Source: a virus (Duplodnaviria > Caudoviricetes). From it: DNA of 29,055 bases. The notes below the pieces were generated by a model. It was not told the origin of the DNA, did not search any database, and saw only the letters and a list, made by a program, of their open reading frames with translations. Made by a program: the position numbers and the translations under genes. Shown piece by piece: positions 10,201 to 18,586 of this stretch. Positions within the stretch are counted from its first letter, which is position 1, and each line of letters opens with the position of its first letter. The stretch covers positions 1-29,055 of IMG/VR virus record IMGVR_UViG_3300030361_000015, one strand, 5' to 3'.

Positions 10201-11530
10201 GTACGAATCTGTAGTGAGAGGTAATGCTGATGCTAGTTCATTAGCTAACCGACTACCTTACGATGCTGGATTCTTACGCAGGGGTTTTAATAGGTTTGTT
10301 GAGTTAGGTCAAACACCGTACCGCATGGGTGAATTATCTAACATGCGCATCTCTTTCTTTACAGCTTTAGAGAACGAGAAAGCGCTATTAGGTAAGGCAT
10401 TTAAGTACGACGATACAACTATCGCTAGGGTGGTAGCACGTGCTGAGCAATACAGGCTTAACATGTCTGGTGGTAACAAAGCTGCTTTCCAGAAAGGTAT
10501 CTGGGCACTGCCTACACAGTTTAAACAAATCTACACTAAGTACATTGAAGCAGTGACAGGCTCACACTTCACTGGTCAAGAAAAGGCTAGGCTACTAGTT
10601 GGTCAGGCTGCACTGTTCGGTGCTGCTGGTGTGCCAATTATTAACTACGCTACAGATGAAGTGGTAGATAAGGTGTTCGGTTTGACTGGGATGGAAGCTG
10701 ATACAGAGAGCTTGATAGCAGCTAAGCGTGGGGCTTTAGGTTGGTTGATTAACCATGAGATGGATATCGATGCTTTAATCTCTGGTCGATTAACAGTTAG
10801 TGCTGATGTAGTTGGTGACTTGCAGAAAGCTTTCTTTGATGAGAAGACTCCTATGCTAGCCACTATGCTAGGCCCATCTTACTTAATCGGAGACAAGTCT
10901 ATTGACTTATTCCAAAATATGATTATGGCAGGTGGTCACGTAATTGATGATATGCTTGAGGGTGAGGACTTAACGCCAGTAGCTAAAGAGTCTGCTATTA
11001 TCTTAGCTAGGTCTACAGCGGCATTAGCCTCTTCTTCTAGGAAGTGGATGGCAGCGGTTGACTTAACTAATGGTTGGGTTAGGAAATCTGATGGTATGCC
11101 ATTGTACTCCACACAAGCTGACCTAGGTGATATATACGCTAGGGCTGTAGGTTTTGGTAGTCAAGAGATGGATGACCTATATAAATTATCACAGTCTAAC
11201 TTCAAGACTAAGGATAAGATTAGGGCTTACTCTACTAGTTACATTTCAATTCTACACGACTTACACAACGCTATTGATTCAGGTGAAGAGTTTCAAACGG
11301 AAGCTGCTCAACGTGCCGCTAGTATGGCGGCTAGGCAGATTCAACGACTAGACCCTGACGTAGCTAAGCAAGTGTGGGCTGCGGTTAACAGGCAAATCAC
11401 CAACCCTCGTGACTTCAAGGAACAGGTAATTAAGGAAGCTATTATGAACAGCATCCAAGACTTGACAGACTCAGCTAATAAAGTGAGTGTTGAGAAGCAG
11501 AAATTTATTGAGGAGAATAACCTTGAGTAG
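7235..11530 (+). CDS. large internal virion (ejection) protein
   Basis: ~1431 aa helical, Ala-rich; likely start ATG 7235 (TAA T ATG after upstream stop, GGTGG SD) rather than 7193. Confidence 0.7.
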   Translation: MEEMVVGVNEVEVDSNMYDLQEVTASEENQKKSASVDVAASTISQGGNLQEAMQSIESKTVGELDAEATTQYQNTQKQLLVDTIEYNASVDSPNLPALVQNAPKVMSEIEAAGSSKLTPYLHWVNRLDGSEKLSLKERKSIATDALLLRAISEGADSRGFWDNAWDVLGMMAVPDESYNAAEIQSQLFGDSAGFTEWLDSADAWSNIAGFRESLPAEERVMFDERLVEVIRGVDDNVVQQVSAVLGILGRDPESIAFQSLEKVDALLLGAGIGASLHRGLRSLNVMNRTAKSGDARTAAKIADAVASSIEVSRASGVSQADAAALGNPVRAEGVFTGAPDGLQAEYRRYSQGITEALNKATDTLGYVITPDTKDADEIAAAINRRLSKNDDIDNIKVTQGVEGINIEYDVIDGDNLTTVRESRFFTLDDLGGFEQKEAGLVASFLRPFVSPNTLAGADRKFFVQSAEALLPAKARMGKAYGEAVDAALKPVNGNKQSLTKIDSLMKVLDGTDIDINYHTLVNEGVGGIRLTDKEFIAVKGLREVLDDAYNTNNNTLRREMELRGTKGVKLEGEIQYAKPYDEAEEAYTAFSADAENMHIVDVDDVVKVGIGLDELKQAYKEGKVLVRNDSANVQDWFTSPEGLVKYALVGKDQITELPPNVLGKIKNYLPKLREDANFFVKQKRNVTVNGVKKRLETTLAYAATESQAQRYIQKLQRVAMDAGEEFDVNNYTIKFDREVSKGVQGSDTLSVGGGLIRGKRKSTELDWAGDFDEGGRTDTLDSLQRYMSITADRQVMSEWRLEARARIRNEASLHPDIGDKGMSEDWDGLRAVIDKSGMDLKAKAKLLSMYDQTSTLSNIPTKSDQKFQGAVRAIGKAFDKAGKENVAKYIYQMHDKSLVDVMKGATFNLTLGMFNLVQVPVQLFGASVAASINPISAAKGAPRWLMASTLDFVTNEKSGKQFLRKMSKALGLSPEELAQDYAAWRKSGMYESVVRGNADASSLANRLPYDAGFLRRGFNRFVELGQTPYRMGELSNMRISFFTALENEKALLGKAFKYDDTTIARVVARAEQYRLNMSGGNKAAFQKGIWALPTQFKQIYTKYIEAVTGSHFTGQEKARLLVGQAALFGAAGVPIINYATDEVVDKVFGLTGMEADTESLIAAKRGALGWLINHEMDIDALISGRLTVSADVVGDLQKAFFDEKTPMLATMLGPSYLIGDKSIDLFQNMIMAGGHVIDDMLEGEDLTPVAKESAIILARSTAALASSSRKWMAAVDLTNGWVRKSDGMPLYSTQADLGDIYARAVGFGSQEMDDLYKLSQSNFKTKDKIRAYSTSYISILHDLHNAIDSGEEFQTEAAQRAASMAARQIQRLDPDVAKQVWAAVNRQITNPRDFKEQVIKEAIMNSIQDLTDSANKVSVEKQKFIEENNLE

Positions 11531-13424
11531 AGAAATTTATCAACCACAAGTGTCCCAGATTAATTCTACGGTCACTCCTGAACAGGGGGTGGTTGACTCT
11601 GGGGCTGTTCAACTATTTACAGACGTAGCTCAGGTTGCTACAGAAGCTACTTTTGCTTTTACAAGGCAGGAGGAGTTATCAGAGCTTAGAGGTACATTTG
11701 ATAAGATAGTACAGGCAAGGCAGCAGGGAGGAGATTCCACCAAACTACAACTACGAGCAAGGGCAGCATTAGATAAAGCTAAGGCTAATACACCTTGGGC
11801 TGCTCAGGAAGCAGACGCTCTCTTCCGCTCAACATTTAGTGGGGGTGGTTCTGGTGGGGTCTTCTCCAAGACTCCTGAGGAGAAAGCGCAGGAAGCTCAC
11901 TTGCAGAAGGTAGAGGAGACTAGGCTAGCGCTTGGTCTTTCCTCTGCCGAGGAAGCTCAGAAGCGTATCACCTTAGAAGAGAATGCTAAGAGCGCTAAGA
12001 TTATGGCTGACTCTCAAAAGGAAGTGCGTAATTATAACAGTGAGCTTGTATTCTCTAACACACAAACGCAGTTGAATAACCAAAGTATTAAATTCATGGA
12101 TGCTATGAATCGTATGATTAATACTGGAGGTGGCTCACTGAGTGCGGATAATGTACGTTCTATTAACTTAACAGTTGACCAAGAGGCTCTAAGGCTTAGG
12201 CAAGAGCTTAACGCTCAAACTCGTGACCCTAAGACTGGCCACCTGCTTATCTCTAAAGATGGGTATGAGACTAACTTAAAAGAGATTGAGGATTGGGTTA
12301 CTGAGACTAAGGCTATGGCTGCTGACCAAGGCTACCTTAAGTTGATTCAAGAGCTCAACTCTGAGCAATCTGCTGAGATTAACTTTATAGCCAACAATAA
12401 ATACAGGGTGATAAAGATTTTAGAAGCCGCTGGTGGTCAAGCCCATGTAAAAGCTTTCTTGGATATTGCCATGCAACCAGAGGGCACTAAGAAAGAGTTC
12501 CTTAAAAAGTTCAGTAGCCCTATAGTACAAGAAATGTTCAAGCAGCAAGGCAGTTTTAAGGAAGCTAGCTCTACTGGTTTTGATAAACTTGTATTGCCAA
12601 CCCCTAACAACATCTTTATGACTGAGGCTGAGGCATACGCTACAGGCACAGAACTTAATGACCCACGTAACAGTGTGCTGTTAACTGCAATACTAGATGG
12701 TCTTACTACTGGTATAGGTAATGTAGACCCTTACATGTCGATGATTAAAAAGAATCCAGATAGCTCTGCTTTAACTTGGAGTGATAGATTTAAATCATGG
12801 GCGGCTAGCAATAAAGGTAAGGCTAAGACAGCACTAGACGCTACAGTGCAATCACTACGTACTTCTTTCTTATCAGCGTATGTATCTGACAATAGTTCTC
12901 TTCCAACTGACCTAGAGGTTGTTGATATTGAGGGCACTGATGTAGGCACTGGCAGGAATCGACGTAATGTACGTAATGTAACTAGGCGTAATGTTGTTCG
13001 TGGTACTGGCGTTAGTCCTGAGTCTGGTAAGATTATCTCTAATATGTTGTCAGTGTTTGTACACAATCCAGATTTCGCTAAGCAAACAGCTAGTGACTTA
13101 GGTATGGCAGGTGCTACGCCACATGAACTAGTTAAGGCTGTTATCATGGGAGCTCCTGAGGAAGCCCCTGAGGAGACTACTAGTGAAAGTGGTGCAAGTG
13201 TACCAGCTAAAGTACAAGAAGCTCCTGTAGAGCCAGTAGAAGAGCCTAAAGAGGATTTGAACGCTATAGCTTTAGAGAGGTATAAGTCTGCTATTGAAAG
13301 GGCTAATACACCGTTGTTAAGGAGTGAGGTTGATAAAGCTTTCCTTAATGGATTCTTTAAACGAGCAGAGGATGGGGGTGTTAATCTACCACCTAAGGGG
13401 GAGTCATCACAATCTCCAAAGTAA
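11523..13424 (+). CDS. internal virion (ejection) protein
   Basis: Likely TTG start at 11523 after GAGGAG; helical Ala/Gln/Glu-rich; acidic Pro-rich linker near the C-terminus. Confidence 0.6.
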   Translation: MSREIYQPQVSQINSTVTPEQGVVDSGAVQLFTDVAQVATEATFAFTRQEELSELRGTFDKIVQARQQGGDSTKLQLRARAALDKAKANTPWAAQEADALFRSTFSGGGSGGVFSKTPEEKAQEAHLQKVEETRLALGLSSAEEAQKRITLEENAKSAKIMADSQKEVRNYNSELVFSNTQTQLNNQSIKFMDAMNRMINTGGGSLSADNVRSINLTVDQEALRLRQELNAQTRDPKTGHLLISKDGYETNLKEIEDWVTETKAMAADQGYLKLIQELNSEQSAEINFIANNKYRVIKILEAAGGQAHVKAFLDIAMQPEGTKKEFLKKFSSPIVQEMFKQQGSFKEASSTGFDKLVLPTPNNIFMTEAEAYATGTELNDPRNSVLLTAILDGLTTGIGNVDPYMSMIKKNPDSSALTWSDRFKSWAASNKGKAKTALDATVQSLRTSFLSAYVSDNSSLPTDLEVVDIEGTDVGTGRNRRNVRNVTRRNVVRGTGVSPESGKIISNMLSVFVHNPDFAKQTASDLGMAGATPHELVKAVIMGAPEEAPEETTSESGASVPAKVQEAPVEPVEEPKEDLNAIALERYKSAIERANTPLLRSEVDKAFLNGFFKRAEDGGVNLPPKGESSQSPK

Positions 13425-13876
13425 TTAACTCAGAGGCTTCACAGATTGCCAAGGATGAGGGTACTGTCACTACTTTGATGGGCTCTCATAAATCCTACTT
13501 AGACTCTGAGGGACTATTAACTGGCGGTATTGGTCACCTAATGACTAAGGAGGAGCAAGCACAATATCCAGAGGGCACAAAGATTCCTGAGGAAGTTGTA
13601 CAAGCTTGGTTTGAAGAGGATTTAGCTGAGGCTGAAAAGGACGCTGAGATTCTACTTAAAGGGGTAGATGTGCCAGATGAGGTGAAGTCCATAATCACTA
13701 ACATGGCATTTAACCTAGGTCGCACTAGGCTCAGTAAATTCAAGAAGATGTTCTCAGCTATTGAGGTTGGCGACTACGAGACTGCTGCCAAGGAGATGGA
13801 AGACAGTAGGTGGTTTAATCAAGTAGGGGGCAGGGCTAGAAGGCTTGTATCTCGAATGGCTGGAGTAGATGGTTAA
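13406..13876 (+). CDS. T4-type (GH24) lysozyme / endolysin; probable non-canonical ATC start (13406 or 13412)
   Basis: IAKDEG...YLDSEGLLTGGIGHL matches T4 lysozyme Glu11/Asp20/Thr26; NMAFNLG, FKKM, SRWFNQV motifs; the catalytic Glu codon (13457) is upstream of the first TTG/ATG (13475/13478); in-frame TAA at 13394. Confidence 0.85.
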   Translation: MTISKVINSEASQIAKDEGTVTTLMGSHKSYLDSEGLLTGGIGHLMTKEEQAQYPEGTKIPEEVVQAWFEEDLAEAEKDAEILLKGVDVPDEVKSIITNMAFNLGRTRLSKFKKMFSAIEVGDYETAAKEMEDSRWFNQVGGRARRLVSRMAGVDG

Positions 13877-14316
13877 TGATTGAACTAGTAACTATGGCTG
13901 TGGGTAAGTTGTTTGGAATGGGCGAGACTTGGGTGGAGGCTAAGACTAAGCAAGCCACCGCCAAAGTTGAGAACAAGATTGCCCTAGAACAAGCTACCAC
14001 ACAAGCTAAAATAACAATTAAACAGAAAGATGCTGACGCTACAAATAACATTGATTTAATAGCGGTTAAGAACCATAGGTTTACTTGGACTGATGAATAT
14101 ATTAAGGTGGTATTCACTCTACCTTTTATACTAATGTTCTTACCTTGGACACAACCTTACGTAATCTCTGGTTTTACAGCTTTCACTGACTCCACACCTG
14201 AGTGGTATAAGTATGTGATATACGGTATTGTAATTTCAGAACTTGGGTTAAGGCGAATATTTATGAGACTATTTGATACATTAATGACATTAAGGACGGG
14301 TAAATTAAATGGCTAA
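13876..14316 (+). CDS. putative holin-like membrane protein
   Basis: Directly after lysozyme (TAATG); coiled coil followed by hydrophobic segments (WTDEYIKVVFTLPFILMFLPW, PEWYKYVIYGIVISELG). Confidence 0.55.
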   Translation: MIELVTMAVGKLFGMGETWVEAKTKQATAKVENKIALEQATTQAKITIKQKDADATNNIDLIAVKNHRFTWTDEYIKVVFTLPFILMFLPWTQPYVISGFTAFTDSTPEWYKYVIYGIVISELGLRRIFMRLFDTLMTLRTGKLNG

Positions 14317-14716
14317 TGCTTTATACGACAAAGGTCGTGAAGGTTTCCTAGGTGCGGATATCGCTTGGGATACAGATAATATTAAGACAGTGCTTGTAGA
14401 TACAGCAGATTACACTGTTAACCTAAGTACGCATCAATTCTTGTCAGACATTCCACTGGCAGCGAGAGTGGCTACAAGTGCTAACCTTACGTCAAAGACT
14501 ATCACAAATGGGGTGGCTGACGCTGCTGATGTAACTTACAGTGCTGTGAGTGGTGATGAGAGTGAAGCTCTGGTTATTTTCCAAGATACTACAGTAGATA
14601 GTACATCTAGGTTAATCGCCTACATTGACACAGCAACAGGCTTACCAGTTACACCTAACGGTGGTGATATCACTGTTGTGTGGGACAATGGCACTAACAA
14701 GATTTTCAAACTATAG
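14309..14716 (+). CDS. tail-associated structural protein
   Basis: Thr/Asp-rich beta protein ending LPVTPNGGDITVVWDNGTNKIFKL, a pattern recalled next to phage tail-fibre genes. Confidence 0.55.
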   Translation: MANALYDKGREGFLGADIAWDTDNIKTVLVDTADYTVNLSTHQFLSDIPLAARVATSANLTSKTITNGVADAADVTYSAVSGDESEALVIFQDTTVDSTSRLIAYIDTATGLPVTPNGGDITVVWDNGTNKIFKL

Positions 14717-14725
14717 GGAGGTTGA

Positions 14726-14899
14726 ATGGACTTTATTAAAACTTTATGGTACGCTTACAAAGTTAAGAGTTATGAGAAGTTAATTATTGTAGCTACTAAA
14801 CGAAGGGAAGCTATCAAAGCTAGGCAAGCTAAGTATACAGCCAGCCAAGAGAAATACAGAGAGTTACTTAAAAAATCTACAGGAGTGAAGGATGTCTAG
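14726..14899 (+). CDS. small basic hypothetical protein (57 aa, not in ORF track)
   Basis: SD GGGAGG, ATG 14726, MDFIKTLWYAYKVKSYEK...TGVKDV, TAG 14897-14899 overlapping the next ATG. Confidence 0.7.
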   Translation: MDFIKTLWYAYKVKSYEKLIIVATKRREAIKARQAKYTASQEKYRELLKKSTGVKDV

Positions 14900-15248
14900 G
14901 GCTGCCACTAAGCGAAGCATAAATATTGTTAATCACTTTGACAACACTAAAAAAGGCTGGGCTAATGTGACGGCTCAGTTCAATTCATCTGTGAATGAGG
15001 CTGTTCAATTAACGGCATGGATTCACGACAATGTTTTAAACAACAAGGGTGATATTAGTAATGAAGACAGGCAAGAGGATAGGGTTGAATTCCTAGAGAA
15101 GTTGACCTACCTTAAAGAACTAATTTCAAAATTAGATGATTGTCACGCTGTATACAGTGAAGACTTACAAGTATACCAAGATAACTACTCAAGTTTCGTC
15201 GCTAAGTATGGAATTAACATACAAGAAGTGGACTCTAAGTTTAAGTAA
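14892..15248 (+). CDS. hypothetical protein (possible tail-fibre chaperone)
   Basis: SD AGGAG; 118 aa helical; immediately precedes the fibre gene; function inferred from position only. Confidence 0.5.
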   Translation: MSRAATKRSINIVNHFDNTKKGWANVTAQFNSSVNEAVQLTAWIHDNVLNNKGDISNEDRQEDRVEFLEKLTYLKELISKLDDCHAVYSEDLQVYQDNYSSFVAKYGINIQEVDSKFK

Positions 15249-15257
15249 GGAGTTGTC

Positions 15258-16892
15258 ATGTCTTTTGATGGAACTCTATGGGGACGTAGAGTACAACTTA
15301 CTGGTATAACGCCTGTGGCAACTGCTACGGGCTTTGTCGGTTTGATCACTGCTGATAATATGCCTGCCGAAGTAATGGACGGTGGCGTAAATTCTGCGCT
15401 TAATGGTGGCGGTGATTTACGTGTATCAACTGATAACGCTGGCGCCAATCAAATACCGTTAGAGGTTGTTAATTTTGTAGTAAGCGGAACACCTTCACTC
15501 AGACAAGCTCAATTGTGGGTTAGGTTCCCCACTTACGAATCTGCAAACCGCTCATTGTGGTTGTTCTACAATCGCGCAGGACAAACACAACCACCTGTTA
15601 CTGATCCGTTCGGGCGTAATTCAGTGTGGCAAGATTTTGAAGCGGCTTGGCATTTTTCAAATGGAGATGATAGCACTGGTAACGGTTATGATTTAAATCT
15701 TGGTAGTGGGTTAACACAAAACACAAATTCAATAACCTTTAGCGGTGCAAATTCAAGCTCGCAAGCTACTTTTACAGAGTTAACGCAAGCAACAGGTAGA
15801 GTAAGAATACGGTTTAACCCTACAACCACAGGAAACGGTATATTTTCAGGAAGAAGCAGCACGACAAACAACTGGTTTGGTAATTTTAACGGTGGCATAA
15901 CGTACAGGCCACCTGATAGGGTAATAGGCGTTCGTTCTTTGCCAACTGCAAATGTAGATTATTTTGCAGAAGTCACAAATATAGGCGGTACCGCCAATCT
16001 TAAGGTTTTTGATTCGTCAGGCTCACAAGTTGGCACAACAATCACTGGTTCTAATCCTTCGGGAAGAATCACTGATATGTTTGGTGATTTTACTGCTAAC
16101 GGTGGTGTTAGGTTTGTTGGTGATTTAATTGAGTGCCATGTTAATTTAAACAATGATACTCAATCGCTGATAGACCTTGAGCTTTCAAACCAATCATCAC
16201 CAAGTACATTCTGGACAACAGGAACTCCAGAAGATACAGGTGGCGGAAGTGGTGGCGATACAATATCTCCAGTAGGGGTATTCTCCGCAGAAGCTTTCGG
16301 AACTGTAGGTGTAAGCGTTGGTGGGGTGCTAGTGTCCCCAAGCAGTGTTAGTTCTCTAGAACAAATACCGCAACCGCAAGTAGTGTCCTCAGGAGTGTTG
16401 TTATCTCCGTCAGGTATACCATCTGGCGAGGTGATTAATCTGCCTACCATACAAGTAGGGGATTACGCATTACTACCTGTTGGTATTGGGAGTGCAGAGT
16501 TGTTTGGTAACCCCTTAATATCTGCTGGAGGCTTAGAATTACTTCCAACTTCAATAAGCAGTTCTAGTAGTTTCGGAGTGCCTGCACTAGTGTACGCACA
16601 AGTAGTTCAAACTGTAGGTATAGGTAGTAAAGAAGTGTTTGGGTTGCATATAGTTAGTGACGGGGAAGCTTTATTAATACCTCTGGGGGATAGAGAAACT
16701 TACCAGAAGCTAGCAAACTACTTGAGAAGCACTGGGAGGTTTGTCAGTGAACAAAACAATGACATTATTATTGAATGGCTAAGGTCTGAATTACTTGAGA
16801 GCGGTCAGTTTAATGATTTGTTTATGGAGTATTGGAACAGGGCTGGGTTAACTGGGGCTTATAACGATAGGTGGAAGAAGTGGAGGAGTTAA
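15258..16892 (+). CDS. tail fibre / receptor-binding protein (DUF2341-like + lectin-like N-part, 23-aa repeats, C-terminal helical domain)
   Basis: SD TAAGGAG; GGDLRVS...IPLEV...LWVR...LWLFY is DUF2341-like; VWQDFEAAWHF...DSTGNGYDL and FVGDLIE are LamG/ConA-like; Gly linker then six repeats. Confidence 0.65.
   Translation: MSFDGTLWGRRVQLTGITPVATATGFVGLITADNMPAEVMDGGVNSALNGGGDLRVSTDNAGANQIPLEVVNFVVSGTPSLRQAQLWVRFPTYESANRSLWLFYNRAGQTQPPVTDPFGRNSVWQDFEAAWHFSNGDDSTGNGYDLNLGSGLTQNTNSITFSGANSSSQATFTELTQATGRVRIRFNPTTTGNGIFSGRSSTTNNWFGNFNGGITYRPPDRVIGVRSLPTANVDYFAEVTNIGGTANLKVFDSSGSQVGTTITGSNPSGRITDMFGDFTANGGVRFVGDLIECHVNLNNDTQSLIDLELSNQSSPSTFWTTGTPEDTGGGSGGDTISPVGVFSAEAFGTVGVSVGGVLVSPSSVSSLEQIPQPQVVSSGVLLSPSGIPSGEVINLPTIQVGDYALLPVGIGSAELFGNPLISAGGLELLPTSISSSSSFGVPALVYAQVVQTVGIGSKEVFGLHIVSDGEALLIPLGDRETYQKLANYLRSTGRFVSEQNNDIIIEWLRSELLESGQFNDLFMEYWNRAGLTGAYNDRWKKWRS
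16263..16655 (+). repeat. six ~23-aa degenerate protein repeats (xxPxGIxSxExFGxP)
   Basis: ISPVGVFSAEAFG / VSPSSVSSLEQIP / LSPSGIPSGEVIN / LLPVGIGSAELFG / LLPTSISSSSSFG / VQTVGIGSKEVFG at 23,23,23,23,22 aa spacing. Confidence 0.75.
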
Positions 16893-16898
16893 TGAGGT

Positions 16899-17237
16899 AT
16901 GACAAATAGCGCTGTGCAGTGGGTGGGAGTTGGTCTCACCTCACTTGTAGTGATAGGCGGTAGTATTGCGGCTTATGTAGATGTTAAGAGTGATATTGCT
17001 GTGGTTGAGACTAAGCTAGACCAAAATAAGGAAGATAAAAAGGAATTAGATAAGTACGATAGCTACTTACAGAAACAACTAGATGAGCATGGTGATAGAC
17101 TTCTTAAGACGGAAGCCAAACAGGAGGGCATTGAGAAAACACAAGATAGGTTAGAACGCACTATGGATGAAATCCTGAAAGAGATGCGAACCATGAACGA
17201 CAATATTATTATTTTAACTGAAAAAGGAAAAGATTAA
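16899..17237 (+). CDS. membrane-anchored coiled-coil protein (possible lysis accessory)
   Basis: N-terminal TM (WVGVGLTSLVVIGGSIAAYV) followed by a long coiled coil. Confidence 0.6.
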   Translation: MTNSAVQWVGVGLTSLVVIGGSIAAYVDVKSDIAVVETKLDQNKEDKKELDKYDSYLQKQLDEHGDRLLKTEAKQEGIEKTQDRLERTMDEILKEMRTMNDNIIILTEKGKD

Positions 17238-17296
17238 TGTCAGACGACCCAAAGAAAAAGACAGATGACGCTGACCCTAAGAAGAAAAAGGATTGA
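17237..17296 (+). CDS. putative 19-aa micropeptide MSDDPKKKTDDADPKKKKD
   Basis: TAATG overlap with upstream stop, AAGGA SD, TGA just before the terminator. Confidence 0.4.
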   Translation: MSDDPKKKTDDADPKKKKD

Positions 17297-17299
17297 TGT

Positions 17300-17340
17300 A
17301 AGAGGGGGAAGGGCAGTACAAGCCCCTCCCCTTTCTTTTT
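17300..17340. terminator. bidirectional terminator between the convergent arms
   Basis: GGGGAAGGGC-AGTACAA-GCCCCTCCCC stem (one mismatch) then TTTCTTTTT; lies between convergent stop codons. Confidence 0.8.
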
Positions 17341-18301
17341 ATAGGACGTTCATACGTAAGGTAGCACGCTTCTCTTTAGATAAGAGGTTAGTCCTTCCCC
17401 TACTCTCACTACCACAATTAGTACAACGATATCGCTGGAACTTAGATAAGTTCGTATAAGCGAAGCCATCCTTGACAAACTCAGTACTGCCACATTTACA
17501 TGTGATTCCCAAATCGTCATTATATAAATTGAAGTTAGGCAGTTTGTTATCCCACGGAGATAATTTGTAGTATAGCTCTTCTAGGGAAAGTACATCATAC
17601 CTGTTATATTCCTCCATCTCATTCCAAGCATCTAGATTACCTGCTAGACATTCCTTCCACAATTCAAAGCCGGGGAATTTACCGTGCTTAAGCTTCTTAT
17701 ATTTAGTATTTAACTGGTCAGTCATATACTCAAGCTTGTTACTAGTGAAAGCAAACTTACGCTTAGCTATAGCGAGAGTATCAATATGCTTATAAGAACT
17801 AGGCGGTTGAAACCCATTAATAATGAAACGTGCATTAAGTTTTTTACTATCAAACTTAATTCCATTCTGAGTGATAACCACATCAGCTTCATCCAGTAGC
17901 TTCCAAATACCGCGTAAGAGTTCAGCATCTTCCTCTAAGTTCTCCGCATGTCTGTTGTCTTGGTACATAACACCATCTTCACCCAACCACTTAGCTGACC
18001 AAGATAGGACATACCAATCTGTCTCTATTTGATTTAACCCAAACCCCTGTTGCCACATACTCCACATATAAGACAACATTGGAGCGGTCTCTATGTCAAA
18101 TACCAACACCCTAGGACTTCCTGTATGGCTCTTCAAGGGACTATCTCCTGCATCTCCTACCAAGCCCCTACGTTTAAGTACATAGTGCACTGTAGACGCT
18201 GCTGTACGCTTCCCGAATACAGCCTCAGATATATCCCTATGCTTAGTCCCTTTAATCTTGAGCTCACAAATGAGGTCTTCTTGTTCTTTACTAATACTCA
18301 A
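17339..18301 (-). CDS. DEDDy / RNase H-fold 3'-5' exonuclease with N-terminal HTH and C-terminal Zn ribbon
   Basis: VFDIET, QNGIKFD, YNRYDV Exo I-III motifs; CKCGS...CTNCG; TTG start after GGAG. Confidence 0.8.
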   Translation of the reverse strand: MSISKEQEDLICELKIKGTKHRDISEAVFGKRTAASTVHYVLKRRGLVGDAGDSPLKSHTGSPRVLVFDIETAPMLSYMWSMWQQGFGLNQIETDWYVLSWSAKWLGEDGVMYQDNRHAENLEEDAELLRGIWKLLDEADVVITQNGIKFDSKKLNARFIINGFQPPSSYKHIDTLAIAKRKFAFTSNKLEYMTDQLNTKYKKLKHGKFPGFELWKECLAGNLDAWNEMEEYNRYDVLSLEELYYKLSPWDNKLPNFNLYNDDLGITCKCGSTEFVKDGFAYTNLSKFQRYRCTNCGSESRGRTNLLSKEKRATLRMNVL

Positions 18302-18313
18302 TACACAATCTCC

Positions 18314-18586
18314 TTAAAAACCACCATTTTGAATAATTAATTGGTCTAGGTATTCGCGAGCCTTAAGTAGGTCTTCTAGGCCATTCTTATTTTTATACCT
18401 ACACACGTACTTAATTACGTTACCTTCGTTAAAGCCCAAGTTATTTTTGTTAATAAAGGTTAGTGGTGGGATAGGCATATTGTAGTGGAGGGGTTTAGTC
18501 TTAGCGCTAGACTCCGCCTTTAACAGCCTATCACTACGTTCATTAATTTCCTTGTACCAGCTTCCCCTGTCATAGTGCTCAGGCAT
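18314..18586 (-). CDS. DUF3310 (T7 gp1.7-like) protein
   Basis: PLHY...GFNEGNVIKYVCRYKNKNGLEDLLKAREYL signature. Confidence 0.8.
   Translation of the reverse strand: MPEHYDRGSWYKEINERSDRLLKAESSAKTKPLHYNMPIPPLTFINKNNLGFNEGNVIKYVCRYKNKNGLEDLLKAREYLDQLIIQNGGF

Noticed and set aside
11487-11522. ORF-track start at 11487
   Set aside because: TTG 11523 has a well-spaced GAGGAG SD and much less overlap
16899-17237. Assignment as i-spanin
   Set aside because: Topology fits, but I found no lipobox-bearing o-spanin partner nested or downstream
17265-17459. 64-aa + strand ORF
   Set aside because: Runs through the terminator into the antisense of the exonuclease gene
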